A DNA stretch of 64,000 nucleotides from Rubripirellula sp. GTDB lineage: Bacteria; Planctomycetota; Planctomycetia; Pirellulales; Pirellulaceae. The stretch is from the NCBI GenBank assembly GCA_965216875.1, contig OZ244207.1, positions 288,001-352,000 of the forward strand, written 5' to 3'. The position numbers and the translations under genes were made by a program. Below, in pieces: positions 63,835 to 64,000 of the stretch. The notes under the pieces are model-generated. The model searched no databases. It saw only the letters and a list, made by a program, of their open reading frames with translations, and had not been told where the DNA came from. The stretch's first letter is position 1; each line of letters starts with the position of its first letter.

Positions 63835-64000
63835 TTAGGTGACGTCAAAGGGGCGATCGAGCCCTCTCTTTTTAGACCTCAAATCGGAACGATCTTGGCT
63901 ATTCGAGAGAACGATCGAGAAGACCTTTTGCGTGACGCGGTCAACTTGCCCAACCGTGGTCAAGCGGTCATACGTGACGCTCAAGTCGTCGTCGGTTTCC
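63835..64000 (-). CDS. Possible C-terminus of a gene entering from the right edge
   Basis: Open frame ETDDDLSVTYDRLTTVGQVDRVTQKVFSIVL...FDVT* ending at TAA 63835; only 54 codons visible. Confidence 0.3.
   Translation of the reverse strand, partial: ETDDDLSVTYDRLTTVGQVDRVTQKVFSIVLSNSQDRSDLRSKKRGLDRPFDVT

Overview
High-GC bacterial window with Planctomycete (Pirellulaceae-like) hallmarks: a LEPR-xLL protein, a DUF1501/DUF1549/PPC/WD40 cluster, planctomycete cytochrome c domains and sulfatases. The main feature is a selenium/C1 island at about 37.2-48.6 kb. A selB-selA-selD (NDH-like fusion) operon is transcribed divergently from ftr-fwdD-(small ORF)-fwdB-fwdA-fwdC. The ORF track splits fwdB in two. 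It is one frame with an in-frame TGA exactly at the Mo/W-ligand Cys position (SL-U-HGP), followed by a bacterial SECIS-like hairpin, so it is most likely a selenocysteine-containing formylmethanofuran dehydrogenase in a bacterium. Between fwdD and fwdB is an uncalled 84-codon acidic ORF with its own in-frame TGA and a clean SECIS-like hairpin, a candidate new selenoprotein or selenium-sensing leader. Also notable: a five-gene desaturase/PAP2/DUF3419/GNAT/heme-oxygenase-like cluster, an HPPD/VOC-like enzyme beside a B12 radical SAM and an OPT transporter, two inverted purine/pyrimidine-skewed ~120-bp repeat arrays, and several REP-like families. I found no tRNA-Sec, CRISPR array or transposase. 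All family assignments come from motif recognition by eye, not database searches.
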